A stretch of DNA of 64,000 nucleotides. It comes from an uncultured delta proteobacterium. GTDB lineage: Bacteria > Desulfobacterota > Desulfobacteria > Desulfobacterales > JAFDCJ01. Below, in pieces: positions 1 to 9,415 of the stretch (its first letter is position 1; the number at the start of each line of letters is the position of its first letter). Position numbers and translations under genes: made by a program. Location: contig CAVYNY010000020.1 in assembly GCA_963769935.1 (NCBI GenBank), positions 32,001 through 96,000 on the forward strand, in the 5' to 3' direction. Below the pieces are notes generated by a model. The model made no database searches, was not told the origin of the DNA, and saw only the letters and a list, made by a program, of their open reading frames with translations.

Positions 1-360
1 CCCGATACCGAAGGGATCAAATTTCACGAATGCATCAAGCCCCTGGCCGGGGAACTCGTTATCCAAAAAAATTACCCCAACAGCTTCAGGGAAACTTCCC
101 TTTTGCAGGAACTTGAAAGACATGCTGTAAAAAGTTTGGTCATCTGCGGTGCCATGAGCCACATGTGCATTGATGCAACCACCCGCGCAGCTTTTGACCA
201 CCGTTTTGAGTGCACGGTGATTCAGGATGCATGTGCCACCCGGGATCTTGAATTCGGCGGGAAAAAAATTGCCGCCGACGATGTTCACGGCTCCTTTATG
301 GCCGCTTTGGGATCGGCCTATGCGAAGGTTTTAAGTTTAGATGAATTCAAGCAAAAATAG
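1..360 (+). CDS. Isochorismatase/cysteine hydrolase family protein, 5'-truncated by window edge
   Basis: Frame 1 is open from base 1 (KNYPNSFRET...GAMSHMCIDATTRAAFD...DACATRD). Confidence 0.9.
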   Translation, partial: PDTEGIKFHECIKPLAGELVIQKNYPNSFRETSLLQELERHAVKSLVICGAMSHMCIDATTRAAFDHRFECTVIQDACATRDLEFGGKKIAADDVHGSFMAALGSAYAKVLSLDEFKQK

Positions 361-439
361 AATCGGAAACCGTGAAAAAATCCAAATCATCCTGTCAGAT
401 AAAAACAACTTAAAAAAGAATCCATTCCTTTTCGCTCCC

Positions 440-1087
440 TTACCGTGATTTGCCGACTCCCACCCGATCACAGTAGCGCTGAATTTTGCATTGGCTGCAA
501 AAGGGCGAGATCGGTTTGCAGATATTCTGCCCGTATGTGACCAAAAGATCGTTAATTATCAACCAGTAGCGTTTTGGCAGCTTGTCGCGCAGTGCCGTCT
601 CCGTTTTTTCCGGGGTTTTGGTCTGAACGTAGCCCCAGCGGTTGGTGATGCGGTGCACGTGGGTATCAACACAGATTCCCGGCTTGTTGTAGCCCATTGT
701 GACTACCAAATTGGCCGTCTTGCGCCCGACTCCCGGCAATTTCAGCAACGCATCAATGTCATCCGGCACCCGTCCATTGTATTCCGATAGTAGAATCAGG
801 CAAATCTTTTGGATATTCTTCGCCTTGGTTTTATAAAAGCCCACCGGATAAATCGCCTTTTCAATCGTCGGCGTGAGCAGCTTTGCCATCGTCCGCGGCG
901 TTTCGGCCAGCCGGAACAGCCTGGCACTTGCCTCACCGGTGGTCTTATCCTGAGTGCGCAGCGACAGCAGGCAGGAAATTAGAACGGTAAAGGGACTCCG
1001 GGAATAGTGCCCCACGACGGGGACCTCCCACTTTTGAACTTCTTTCTTCAGGATTTGAATTATCTTATGAATATCTTGATCGCGCAT
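440..1087 (-). CDS. nth: Endonuclease III (HhH-GPD glycosylase with 4Fe-4S cluster)
   Basis: LPGVGRKTAN HhH motif, VDTHV, C-terminal CKPISPFCSQCKIQRYC. Confidence 0.95.
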   Translation of the reverse strand: MRDQDIHKIIQILKKEVQKWEVPVVGHYSRSPFTVLISCLLSLRTQDKTTGEASARLFRLAETPRTMAKLLTPTIEKAIYPVGFYKTKAKNIQKICLILLSEYNGRVPDDIDALLKLPGVGRKTANLVVTMGYNKPGICVDTHVHRITNRWGYVQTKTPEKTETALRDKLPKRYWLIINDLLVTYGQNICKPISPFCSQCKIQRYCDRVGVGKSR

Positions 1088-1180
1088 GAATGCCTTCTAT
1101 AAATGAAAGCCGGTTGAATCGCAAGTTGTCTTTGATGCTCGGAAGTCGGGATGCATGGAGGCTGGAAAAACCTAAGACTG

Positions 1181-1280
1181 TCAGTTGTCCGTCGTCCGTG
1201 GTCCGTTGTTATCGTACAACGACATAAATCATTTAAATATTTTTCCAATGAACCACGGACAGCATTCAACTGACCCAATG
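1181..1280. repeat. Inverted 7-bp tandem array pair (GTyGTCC)n
   Basis: gttgtcc gtcgtcc gtggtcc gttgtta, then degenerate inverse ccacggac...caactga. Confidence 0.6.
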
Positions 1281-1560
1281 AGCGCCGGCTCAATTATTCC
1301 TTGACATTATAGACCAATCCGGTATTAACGATTCTTGACTGGCGGATTTATTGCTGTTGTTGAAATCTATACCACTTTGTCAGATCGGCCTATCACGTAT
1401 CTTATCGAGATTTGATCCTGCGAAAAGAGGTATTCGCTTTTTGCCGAATATATTTTAACTGCGGGTCATACCGGGCATTCATCCTCTCATATGTTGGAAA
1501 TAATCTGGTTGATCAGAAAAAGGATCAACACTTGAATTGACAATTCAATGGGAGCACGCC

Positions 1561-2685
1561 ATGCCGTCATACCTCGTAAAGCCGGGTGATACCCTGTCAA
1601 AAATTGCCACCGGCACCTTGGGCTCGGCCGGGAAATGGCGCATCATCGCCGAGATGAACGGCATTGTCAATCCGAGCAAAATTCGGATCGGGCAGCGCCT
1701 GCAGTTACCGGGCGAGGTGATGGAAGTGCCCGGTGTTGTCAACACGGCCGAAGGTGTAAAGCGAGTCGGCAAGGAACGGGTTCGAATATGTACCGAACAT
1801 AATGTGGTTTACGCAACTCCTCTGGTAAAACCGGAAAAGATCTTTGTCGGCCGGCTGTATCGCAAGGGGTTGCATCGGATGGGCGTGCAGGAACCGGAAG
1901 CATTTATTGTCAATCATCACGAGAAGCTGCAGGAGGTCGGCCTGACCGATTCGGAAGTAAATGTGATCCTGGCGACTTCTGAAAATGCCGTTAATATGGA
2001 CGCCGTCGATACCTGGGAAAATCAATTTATCAGTTTCGGCATGTTCCAGTGGACGGCCGGCCTGCCCGGAAAGCCTGGTGAACTCCCCGCGCTGCTGCAG
2101 CTTATAAAGATCGGCTATCCGGATAATTTTCAACATTACTGGGCCCAGTTCGGTTTGGATGTGGCTGAGGTGGGTCACAAATTAGGCTGGTTCACCTATC
2201 GCGGGAAGAAATTAGTCTCAACTGCCGATAAGGCCTTGCTGCGGGAGCATATCTGGGCCTATCGTTTTGCACGGGCAGGTGCTGATATCGAAGTCCAGGC
2301 GGCCCAGATCCAGCACGCTGTTAACCGCATTCACCAGTTTTATTTCGTTAAGTCTTCCAAACTATATGGTTATGCCTTAGCCGACCTGATCTCCTCTGAA
2401 TACGGTGTTGCCCTGCTGTTGGACAATCACGTCAACTGCCCCGGTTATGTCCGCCGCTGTGTGGCCGAAGCTTTGAAATTGAGCAGCTTGACGGCGGCAG
2501 ATCCGACCGGGTGGGAGGACGAGGAAGAGCAACTGGTAATAAAAAATTATTTGGAAATTAGGGAAACCTATGGCAAGCGGCCCATGAGCAATGCCAGACA
2601 ACGGGCCGCAGTCATCCGGGGATATGTGGCCGATGGGATCATTTCGGCCGGCAGAGGATCCTTTGTTTCCAGTTGGCAGGGGTGA
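1561..2685 (+). CDS. LysM domain protein with putative lysozyme-like C-terminal domain
   Basis: YLVKPGDTLSKIA...NGIVNPSKIRIGQRL LysM; SFGMFQWTAG motif; GGGAG before ATG 1561. Confidence 0.75.
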   Translation: MPSYLVKPGDTLSKIATGTLGSAGKWRIIAEMNGIVNPSKIRIGQRLQLPGEVMEVPGVVNTAEGVKRVGKERVRICTEHNVVYATPLVKPEKIFVGRLYRKGLHRMGVQEPEAFIVNHHEKLQEVGLTDSEVNVILATSENAVNMDAVDTWENQFISFGMFQWTAGLPGKPGELPALLQLIKIGYPDNFQHYWAQFGLDVAEVGHKLGWFTYRGKKLVSTADKALLREHIWAYRFARAGADIEVQAAQIQHAVNRIHQFYFVKSSKLYGYALADLISSEYGVALLLDNHVNCPGYVRRCVAEALKLSSLTAADPTGWEDEEEQLVIKNYLEIRETYGKRPMSNARQRAAVIRGYVADGIISAGRGSFVSSWQG

Positions 2686-2833
2686 CTCCCGGGGCGATTA
2701 CGATCGAATACCGTTGAATTGAAATATTCTGAAATTTTATCCTTTTCGCTTTGAATAATCCTCTTTCATGATTATGCTTTCCTTATTCGGATTGGCCGGA
2801 TTCAGCTGAATATTCAGAAAAGCAGGAGGTGCT

Positions 2834-3307
2834 ATGAGTGATCAAGTTGTTTACACATCGAAGGCTAGAATTGAACGGGTAAAAGGACCTTTACGCCGGG
2901 CCTATTTGCCGTTGGTGAAAGACCCGGTTAAATTTGGCGTGCATTCCGAAATAGCCGAGCATTACGGTGTGGATCCAAATGTTCACGAGCCACACGCCAC
3001 AACCCTGGACTATGTGGTTGCCGCGGCCGCCGGCTGACTGACCGGCACGTTTGGCGGCGCGCTGGAAGCGCGCAAGATTCCGGCCGGTGAAGGATATCTC
3101 AGCTCAGAAGCACGCGGCGAAATCGAGAAAGACGGCAATGTCCTGGTAATTAAAAGAATCCGCGTAACCTATCATCTTAAATTAAAACCGGATCAGCGAG
3201 AAACCGCCGAGAGGGTGCATGGTTTTCACGCCGAAAAATGTCCCGTGGCGCGTACGATCAAGGACTGTGTGGATATCGCCACCGAATTGGTCATGGAAGA
3301 CGTATGA
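2834..3307 (+). CDS. OsmC/Ohr-family peroxiredoxin-like selenoprotein (UGA 3035-3037 read as Sec), 157 aa
   Basis: AGGAGG RBS; LDYVVAAAAG-UGA-LTGTFGGAL continues open to TGA 3305-3307 with second OsmC Cys motif HAEKCPVARTI; hairpin follows the UGA. Confidence 0.88.
3041..3088 (+). promoter_or_regulatory. Bacterial SECIS-like stem-loop
   Basis: Outer stem ACCGGC 3041-3046/GCCGGT 3083-3088; inner stem GCGCGCT 3057-3063/AGCGCGC 3067-3073; G-led loop GGA 27 nt after the UGA. Confidence 0.75.
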
Positions 3308-3311
3308 TGCC

Positions 3312-3402
3312 GGTTAAGATGGTTAAGATCGTGTTGATCGCTGGGATCGTTCGGATCGTTGAGATGGTAGGGTTGGTTGAGATTGTTTGGATGGCTGGGG
3401 TA
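3312..3402. repeat. Degenerate 9-bp tandem repeat, about 10 units
   Basis: gttaagatg gttaagatc gtgttgatc gctgggatc gttcggatc gttgagatg gtagggttg gttgagatt gtttggatg gctggggta. Confidence 0.75.
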
Positions 3403-3456
3403 AGGATTTATTACCCGTCATATCGTTGACTTTAAAAACCAAAGGAGGGCTAAAAA

Positions 3457-4038
3457 ATGGCTGCTAAGAAAATACTAATGATTGTCGGAGACTTTGCGGA
3501 GGACTATGAAACGATGGTTCCTTTTCAGGCGCTGCAAATGGTCGGGCACACGGTCCATGCGGTATGTGCCGGCAAAAAGGCCGGCGAGACCATCAAAACC
3601 GCTGTCCATGACTTTGAAGGAGATCAGACTTACACCGAAAAACCAGGGCATAATTTCGCACTCAATGCTACTTTTGATGAAATTAGGGCGGAAGATTATG
3701 ATGCTTTGGTGATTCCCGGGGGACGAGCGCCGGAATATATTCGCCTGGACAAAAAGGTGTTGAGCATGGTGAGCCATTTTGCCCAGGCCAATAAGCCGAT
3801 TGCATCAGTATGCCACGGCGCGCAGGTCCTGGCAGCTGCCGGGGTGCTTAAGGGAAGGCGCTGCTCGGCCTATCCGGCAGTCGGCCCGGATGTAAAAATT
3901 GCCGGCGGGGAATACATGGACATTGCAGTGGATCAGTCTCACGTAGACGGCAATTTGGTCACCGCACCGGCCTGGCCCGCCCATCCGGCCTGGCTGGCAA
4001 ATTTTCTGAAAGTACTGGGGACCAAGATTGAACCCTGA
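3457..4038 (+). CDS. DJ-1/PfpI family protein
   Basis: [17 protein letters not shown], nucleophile [14 protein letters not shown]. Confidence 0.93.
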   Translation: MAAKKILMIVGDFAEDYETMVPFQALQMVGHTVHAVCAGKKAGETIKTAVHDFEGDQTYTEKPGHNFALNATFDEIRAEDYDALVIPGGRAPEYIRLDKKVLSMVSHFAQANKPIASVCHGAQVLAAAGVLKGRRCSAYPAVGPDVKIAGGEYMDIAVDQSHVDGNLVTAPAWPAHPAWLANFLKVLGTKIEP

Positions 4039-4262
4039 TGATTGCAGACGTTCCGCCATTCTGAGCGCCAATGCTTTTGGCGGACAATGGAGCCTGGAAA
4101 AAGCTGCCGGCACGAATCGGCGACCGTGTAACTGCTGCGAATCAACCGGGGGCCGACGGTCATTCTTCGATCCATTCATTACCCCGGAGGGATCTAATTC
4201 ACCCGGAAGCGAGCATTTGCGGCGGTTATTTACTGTGCCGCGAAGTTTTACGGGAGGAAAAA

Positions 4263-4460
4263 ATGAGCGAACTGATCGAAGTCACGCTGGAAAGACAGAT
4301 CGCGCAAGTCGTTTTAAATCGGCCGGCAGCGTACAATGCCTTTGAAACCCAAATTGAAAAAGAGCGGGCGGCACTTGAAGCCTGCGCCGATCATCCTGAC
4401 GGTCTGGAAGGATTGGCGGCCTTCTCGGAAAAGCGCAAACCGCAATACGGCGTCCACTAA
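4263..4460 (+). pseudogene. Enoyl-CoA hydratase remnant (N- and C-termini fused in frame)
   Basis: GGAGG RBS; IAQVVLNRPAAYNAF (crotonase N-terminus) joined directly to ETQIEKER...DGLEGLAAFSEKRKP (C-terminus); 65 aa. Confidence 0.8.
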
Positions 4461-4616
4461 GGGTTCACGAAAAAATTAGTTCACAATTTTAGGCGTTGCG
4501 GCGCCCGTCTGGCAAGGCGCGAAAACGCAGGAATATCTGGATATTCCGAGCTTTCGCAACGCAGCCGGGCGGGATGCATCGGCGTATAAAATGTGAAGTT
4601 ATTTTTGAGTGAGCCC
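4461..4616. mobile_element. 156-bp palindromic MITE-like element, copy 1
   Basis: Ends GGGTTCAC/GTGAGCCC; centre GGAATATC-tg-GATATTCC; near-identical to 55179-55334. Confidence 0.85.
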
Positions 4617-4660
4617 TATACGCATCTGATTCCTTTCAGGTGACGTGCTGATCTAAAGGA

Positions 4661-5407
4661 ATGCGAATTATGCAGGCCCCTTACCGGGAAATTGCCGAGC
4701 TGCTGCAAAAGCGAAGAGAATGTGTGGCGCTGACCGGTGCCGGCATATCGGCCGAAAGCGGGATACCGACGTTTCGATCAAAAGGCGGATTGTGGGAAAA
4801 ATATGATCCCATGGTGTATGCCTCGGCCGAGGTTTTCAGACGCGATCCTTCAAAATACTGGATGATCCGGGGGGAATTTATTCGCAATTACGGCAAATAC
4901 AAACCGAATCCCGGCCATCTTGCCTTGGTGGAACTTGAAAACATGAACATCCTGCGGCATGTCATTACCCAAAACATTGACGGTTTGCACAAAGACGCCG
5001 GCAGCCGGAGCGTGACCGAAATTCATGGGAGTCTCAGGGAAATTAATTGTCTGAGCTGCGGTAAAGCCTACCTGGCACCCCATGTGCCCGCAGGCGATCC
5101 GCCGTATTGTGATTGCGGCGGGGTGCTCAAACCCAATACCGTTTTATTTGGTGAGCAGCTGCCCCCGGGCGAGCTGGAAAGGGCCTATCATGAATCCTCG
5201 ACCTGCAAATCCATGCTGGTAGTCGGAACCTCGGCGGTTGTTCAACCGGCGGCCTCATTACCCTACCTGGCCAAGCAAAGCGGGGCTGCGGTGATAGAAA
5301 TAAACCCTGAAAATGCTTTCCCCGGGGCGGACTATTACGTTAAGGACAAAGCCGGGACGGCACTTCCAAGAATCGTCGAAGAATTAAAAATGATGTCTGC
5401 CGGCTAA
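4661..5407 (+). CDS. cobB: NAD-dependent protein deacylase (sirtuin)
   Basis: GAGISAESGIPTFR, TQNIDGLH, IHG, Zn-binding Cys pairs, GTSAVVQPAA. Confidence 0.93.
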   Translation: MRIMQAPYREIAELLQKRRECVALTGAGISAESGIPTFRSKGGLWEKYDPMVYASAEVFRRDPSKYWMIRGEFIRNYGKYKPNPGHLALVELENMNILRHVITQNIDGLHKDAGSRSVTEIHGSLREINCLSCGKAYLAPHVPAGDPPYCDCGGVLKPNTVLFGEQLPPGELERAYHESSTCKSMLVVGTSAVVQPAASLPYLAKQSGAAVIEINPENAFPGADYYVKDKAGTALPRIVEELKMMSAG

Positions 5408-5922
5408 TGTGGCGTCAGATGGTCCAAAACCAGGCGCTTCAGCTCCCGGACTTCTTGGGCGATGCTTTTTTGATCCGTCGTGTAAACAATGTCCGCCGCC
5501 CGGAAATATTTGTCGCGGGATTTTTCCCATATCATCCGGATATCTTCTTCAACGCTGGTGCCGACGTTCACGCGGGGCCGATCGGCCTTTTTGACGCGCC
5601 GGATCAATTCCTCCAAAGATGCCGTCAACAGGATGACCAGTCCGCTTCCCGCGATGACATCCATGTTCCACTCATAGCGCACAGTTCCGCCCCCGAGACA
5701 GATGATCGCACTGTCAAGTTCGGCAAAACGTTTGCAGATCGAGTATTCCAGTTCACGAAAAGCCAGCCAGCCTTTCTGCTGCACCAATTCGTGAAAGGAG
5801 TACCCCAGGATCCGATCCATTTCCCGGTCAAGGTCGTAAAATTCCAGCTGAAGTTGCTGCGCCAGATGCTGTCCAATGGTCGTCTTGCCGGAACCAATCA
5901 TGCCGCAAAAGTAGATATTCAA
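5404..5922 (-). CDS. aroK: Shikimate kinase-like P-loop kinase
   Basis: GMIGSGKTT, DLD, FRELE, GGG, RP lid motif. Confidence 0.75.
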   Translation of the reverse strand: MNIYFCGMIGSGKTTIGQHLAQQLQLEFYDLDREMDRILGYSFHELVQQKGWLAFRELEYSICKRFAELDSAIICLGGGTVRYEWNMDVIAGSGLVILLTASLEELIRRVKKADRPRVNVGTSVEEDIRMIWEKSRDKYFRAADIVYTTDQKSIAQEVRELKRLVLDHLTPH

Positions 5923-5937
5923 TGGAAATGCCTAAAA

Positions 5938-7443
5938 TTATGGTGACTTATCCGTTTTTATCTGCCGCTTGAATTCGTTTAACCCCTGATATACATCGCG
6001 ATTGGCTTCAATGTAGTTTTCAAACAGCCGGGCCAGTTTTGTATATGTCCGGGTGCGTTCGGGATTGGGCGTGAATCGTTTGGCCACTTTTATCCATTCA
6101 CCGGCGATTTCCGGCAGCGATCGGGTATTATCCAGTCCGGCCTGACAGAAAATGGCCGTCCCCAGGCACGAAGCCTCGGTGATCGACAGCTTTTGGACTT
6201 CCAGACCGGTTACATCCGATCGAATTTGGTTCCAAACATCTATATTTGCACCACCGCCCGCAATGTTCAACTTGCGGGGGTCCAATCGGCTTTGGGATAA
6301 GATGTCGAGCAATTTCAAAATGCGCAGCGCACAACCTTCCATGACGGCCCGCAGCAGGTGGCGCCGTTTGTGTTCGGGCGTCAGTCCGATAATTCCGCCG
6401 GTCAGATATTCCTGCCAATAGGGAGATCGCTCGCCGGTCAACCCCGGCAACACCAACAGGCCGTTTGAACCGGGGGGCAGGGCGTCTATTTTTTCTTCAA
6501 GTGCGCCGACGGAAGTCTGCAGCAGTTGCTCAAAATATTGCAGGGCGCCGCCGGATAAGCCCAGGGGGCCGCCAACCAGATAGGTTCCCGGCAGCATGCC
6601 GGAATTGATACTGAGCGCTTGGTCGGGGTCGGCCGGTGCCGACGTACAGCACATCATAAACACATCCGTTGTACCGGACACCAACACGGCGTGGCCCTGG
6701 TCAAGGACGCCGGCGCCGTACATGGCCGTGGTGCCATCGGAGCTGCCGGTAATTACAGGGGTGCCGGCGAGCAGGCCCAGTTGTTCGGACGCCTTGACGC
6801 TGAGCGTGCCGGCGATGGTCGCGGCCGGCGCAAATGCCGGAAAGAGGGTCTCTTTTAGGTTGACGGCATCCAAAACATCAGCTGCCAATTTGCCTTGGTA
6901 TAGGTTGTATACTCCGGAATAATCAAGATGGGTGACGTCCGTCCGGATGCTATCGGTCAGGCGCCGAATGATGTCATCTTTTAAGCCTATTATGCAGTTC
7001 AGCTTTTTGGCCGTGTCCGGTCTGTGTTTGGCAAGCCACATAAGCTTGGGTGCCAGGAGCAGCGGACTGGGTTTGCGCCCGGTTATCGCAAAGAATTTCT
7101 CATCGGAGAAAAGTCGCCGGATTTCTTCCGTCTCGGCCGTCGCCCGGTTATCCGCATAGATGATGGCCGGCATCAGCGGGCTGCCCGCTTTGTCCAGAAA
7201 AACATAACCGAGCATCGCACTGGCACCCACGGCATCGAAAGTGATGCCGGGATGCTTTTCAATTTCGGCCCTAATTACCTTGCAAACTTGTTGCCAGAGT
7301 CGGTCGGTATCTATTTCAGCAAATGACGGCAGCGGATGAGCTATGCTGATTTGACATCGGCTCTGAGATACAATTTCTCCGTTGTCTGAAACAACCGCCG
7401 CCCGGCAGCCTGAAGTACCGACATCGATTACCAGATAACTCAT
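5938..7443 (-). CDS. FGGY-family carbohydrate kinase (xylulokinase-like)
   Basis: IDVGTSG, DNRA, GERSPYW, RAVMEG, GGGA; start at MSYL because the upstream extension runs into a repeat. Confidence 0.9.
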   Translation of the reverse strand: MSYLVIDVGTSGCRAAVVSDNGEIVSQSRCQISIAHPLPSFAEIDTDRLWQQVCKVIRAEIEKHPGITFDAVGASAMLGYVFLDKAGSPLMPAIIYADNRATAETEEIRRLFSDEKFFAITGRKPSPLLLAPKLMWLAKHRPDTAKKLNCIIGLKDDIIRRLTDSIRTDVTHLDYSGVYNLYQGKLAADVLDAVNLKETLFPAFAPAATIAGTLSVKASEQLGLLAGTPVITGSSDGTTAMYGAGVLDQGHAVLVSGTTDVFMMCCTSAPADPDQALSINSGMLPGTYLVGGPLGLSGGALQYFEQLLQTSVGALEEKIDALPPGSNGLLVLPGLTGERSPYWQEYLTGGIIGLTPEHKRRHLLRAVMEGCALRILKLLDILSQSRLDPRKLNIAGGGANIDVWNQIRSDVTGLEVQKLSITEASCLGTAIFCQAGLDNTRSLPEIAGEWIKVAKRFTPNPERTRTYTKLARLFENYIEANRDVYQGLNEFKRQIKTDKSP

Positions 7444-7489
7444 AGGCATAGATCCGTTAAGGCCATGGACCGATTTAGCGAAAATCATG

Positions 7490-7706
7490 AAAATTCCAAG
7501 CACCAAAAATCAAATTTCAAAAAAATCCCAATGACCCAAATTCAAAATTCCAAACAAATGAACCGTCAAATATTGTGATCAATGGCTTAACCGAATGTTC
7601 AACAGGGTTTCAAAAGCGATGCGCCACAATTGGGGTGAATGTTTTGGTCATTGGCTATTGAAAATTGAGATTTATTTGGAATTTGGTGCTTGAGATTTGA
7701 GATTTT
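7490..7706. repeat. About 220-bp dispersed element with AT-rich inverted arms (family B, copy 1)
   Basis: 39-bp block 7523-7561 identical to 51784-51822; right arm GTTTTGGTCATTG...TTTGGTGCTTGAGATTTG. Confidence 0.85.
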
Positions 7707-7748
7707 ATAGCTTCCGAATTTTATCCGGCATCCAGTATCCAAAATTTC

Positions 7749-8684
7749 TCATTTCGCGCCCGTCCTGGCAGCTTCCACGATGGTTTTCATAGAGGGCGGG
7801 TAGCCCCAGGTGTCGCTGCTGCATCCATTGGCCAGAAAAAAGCGCGTTGCACCGCCGAGGGCAACGCCTTCCTTAACATGGTTTTTTAAAAATTGCCGGG
7901 TGGTGCGGGCGACGATTTTTTGGTTGATGCCGCCCATCACGCAGCCTGAAATGCGCTCTTTGACCCATTGCAGGGACGGGCCCTTGGGGCCCCGGTCCCA
8001 CCAGTTGAAGATGTTAACCGGAAAATCCAGTACATCTTCGAAAAACAAATCTTCGCCGTGGATATGGGCGGTATTCATTTTGCCCAGCCCGGCTACAGCC
8101 GAAAACACTTTCATGGCCGGCGGTTTTACAAACCGCAGAAAATTTTCCCGGCTGATCAAATCCCTGCCGGCATACAGCGACATGAAAATGCCCGCCGTTC
8201 CGATTGCCAGTGATTTTTGGCAATAGGCAATGAGGTTGTCGGCAATCACGTCCAGTGCCGCCAGCATTGCATCCGGTTCAGCGGCCATCAAGGCTTCGAT
8301 GTTTTCGCCCGCCATATTGCGGCGCAGGCTTTGCCAGGGATCAAAGACCGTATCGAGAAAATACGCTTGGCCTCGCAGCTCTGTGTTGATGTATTTAAGG
8401 GCTTTGAACTGTTCCTGCCAGTCGCATTGCTCCACATCAAAGTGGGTGATGCGTTTGAGGTCTTCTTTGGTCTTGACCGCCTCCAGGCCCTTTGGGGGCG
8501 GATAAAAATAGTCGTTCATCACCTTCAGGTAGTCAAAGTCATAATAATTAAAGAACTCCAATGTCAACTTGGCAAATTGGTCGCCGCCGGCATGCTGAAC
8601 CCCGAAATGATACCAGAGTGTAACCGGCGGACGATCCACTTCTTCACCGTTTAGAACACGATCGACTCTTTCAATTTTGTCCAT
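7749..8684 (-). CDS. Uroporphyrinogen decarboxylase/MtaA-fold family protein
   Basis: VDRPPVTLWYHF, HIHG, MGGI, LANGCS. Confidence 0.8.
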   Translation of the reverse strand: MDKIERVDRVLNGEEVDRPPVTLWYHFGVQHAGGDQFAKLTLEFFNYYDFDYLKVMNDYFYPPPKGLEAVKTKEDLKRITHFDVEQCDWQEQFKALKYINTELRGQAYFLDTVFDPWQSLRRNMAGENIEALMAAEPDAMLAALDVIADNLIAYCQKSLAIGTAGIFMSLYAGRDLISRENFLRFVKPPAMKVFSAVAGLGKMNTAHIHGEDLFFEDVLDFPVNIFNWWDRGPKGPSLQWVKERISGCVMGGINQKIVARTTRQFLKNHVKEGVALGGATRFFLANGCSSDTWGYPPSMKTIVEAARTGAK

Positions 8685-8704
8685 TACTTCTATCCTTTCA
8701 TTGG

Positions 8705-9415
8705 TTATGCCACTCCCAGATACGCCTTTTGCATCAGCGGATTGTCCAGCAGATTTTGGGCGGTGTCATGCAACACAATTTCGCCTGTCTGAAGAACATA
8801 TCCCCGTCCGGCGATCGACAAGGCCATGTTGGCGTTCTGTTCGACCAGAAGCACGGATACCTTCTGGGCTTGGTTGATTTGTTGAATAATTTCAAAGATT
8901 TTATCTACAAACAGCGGCGACAGCCCCATCGAGGGTTCGTCCATTATCAGCAGTTTGGGGCGGGCCATCAGGGCTCTGGCCATGGCCACCATTTGCTGTT
9001 CTCCGCCGCTGAGGGTGGAGGCCAGCTGATTGTAGCGATTTTTGACGACCGGGAAGAGATCGCAGACGCGTGCGATGTCCTGCAGGATCTCTTTCTTATC
9101 TTTCCGAACATAGGCGCCCATGCGCAAATTTTCATGAACCGTCAGGTAAGGGAAAAGACGCCGTGCTTCGAGCACCGGTGAAATGCCCGCCCGCACAATC
9201 GCAGAGGGCGATTGCTTTTCGATCCGCTGTCCCAGAAATTCGATGGTGCCCCGCCGCGGCCTGACCAAGCCCAGAATAGTCTTCATCGTCGTGGACTTTC
9301 CGCAGGCATTGCCGCCCAGCAGCGAGACGATTTCACCGGCTTCAACACTCAGTGAGACGTTGCGCAATGCCTGGATGGGGCCGTAAAACGTGTCGATGTT
9401 ACTCAGTTTGAGCAC
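8705..9415 (-). CDS. livF: Branched-chain amino acid-type ABC ATPase
   Basis: GGNACGKST, LSGGEQQM, MDEPSMGL, AYLG; GTG start 9415. Confidence 0.9.
   Translation of the reverse strand: MLKLSNIDTFYGPIQALRNVSLSVEAGEIVSLLGGNACGKSTTMKTILGLVRPRRGTIEFLGQRIEKQSPSAIVRAGISPVLEARRLFPYLTVHENLRMGAYVRKDKKEILQDIARVCDLFPVVKNRYNQLASTLSGGEQQMVAMARALMARPKLLIMDEPSMGLSPLFVDKIFEIIQQINQAQKVSVLLVEQNANMALSIAGRGYVLQTGEIVLHDTAQNLLDNPLMQKAYLGVA

Noticed and set aside
3238..3429. 63-aa ORF
   Set aside because: Overlaps the selenoprotein C-terminus and translates the 9-bp repeat.
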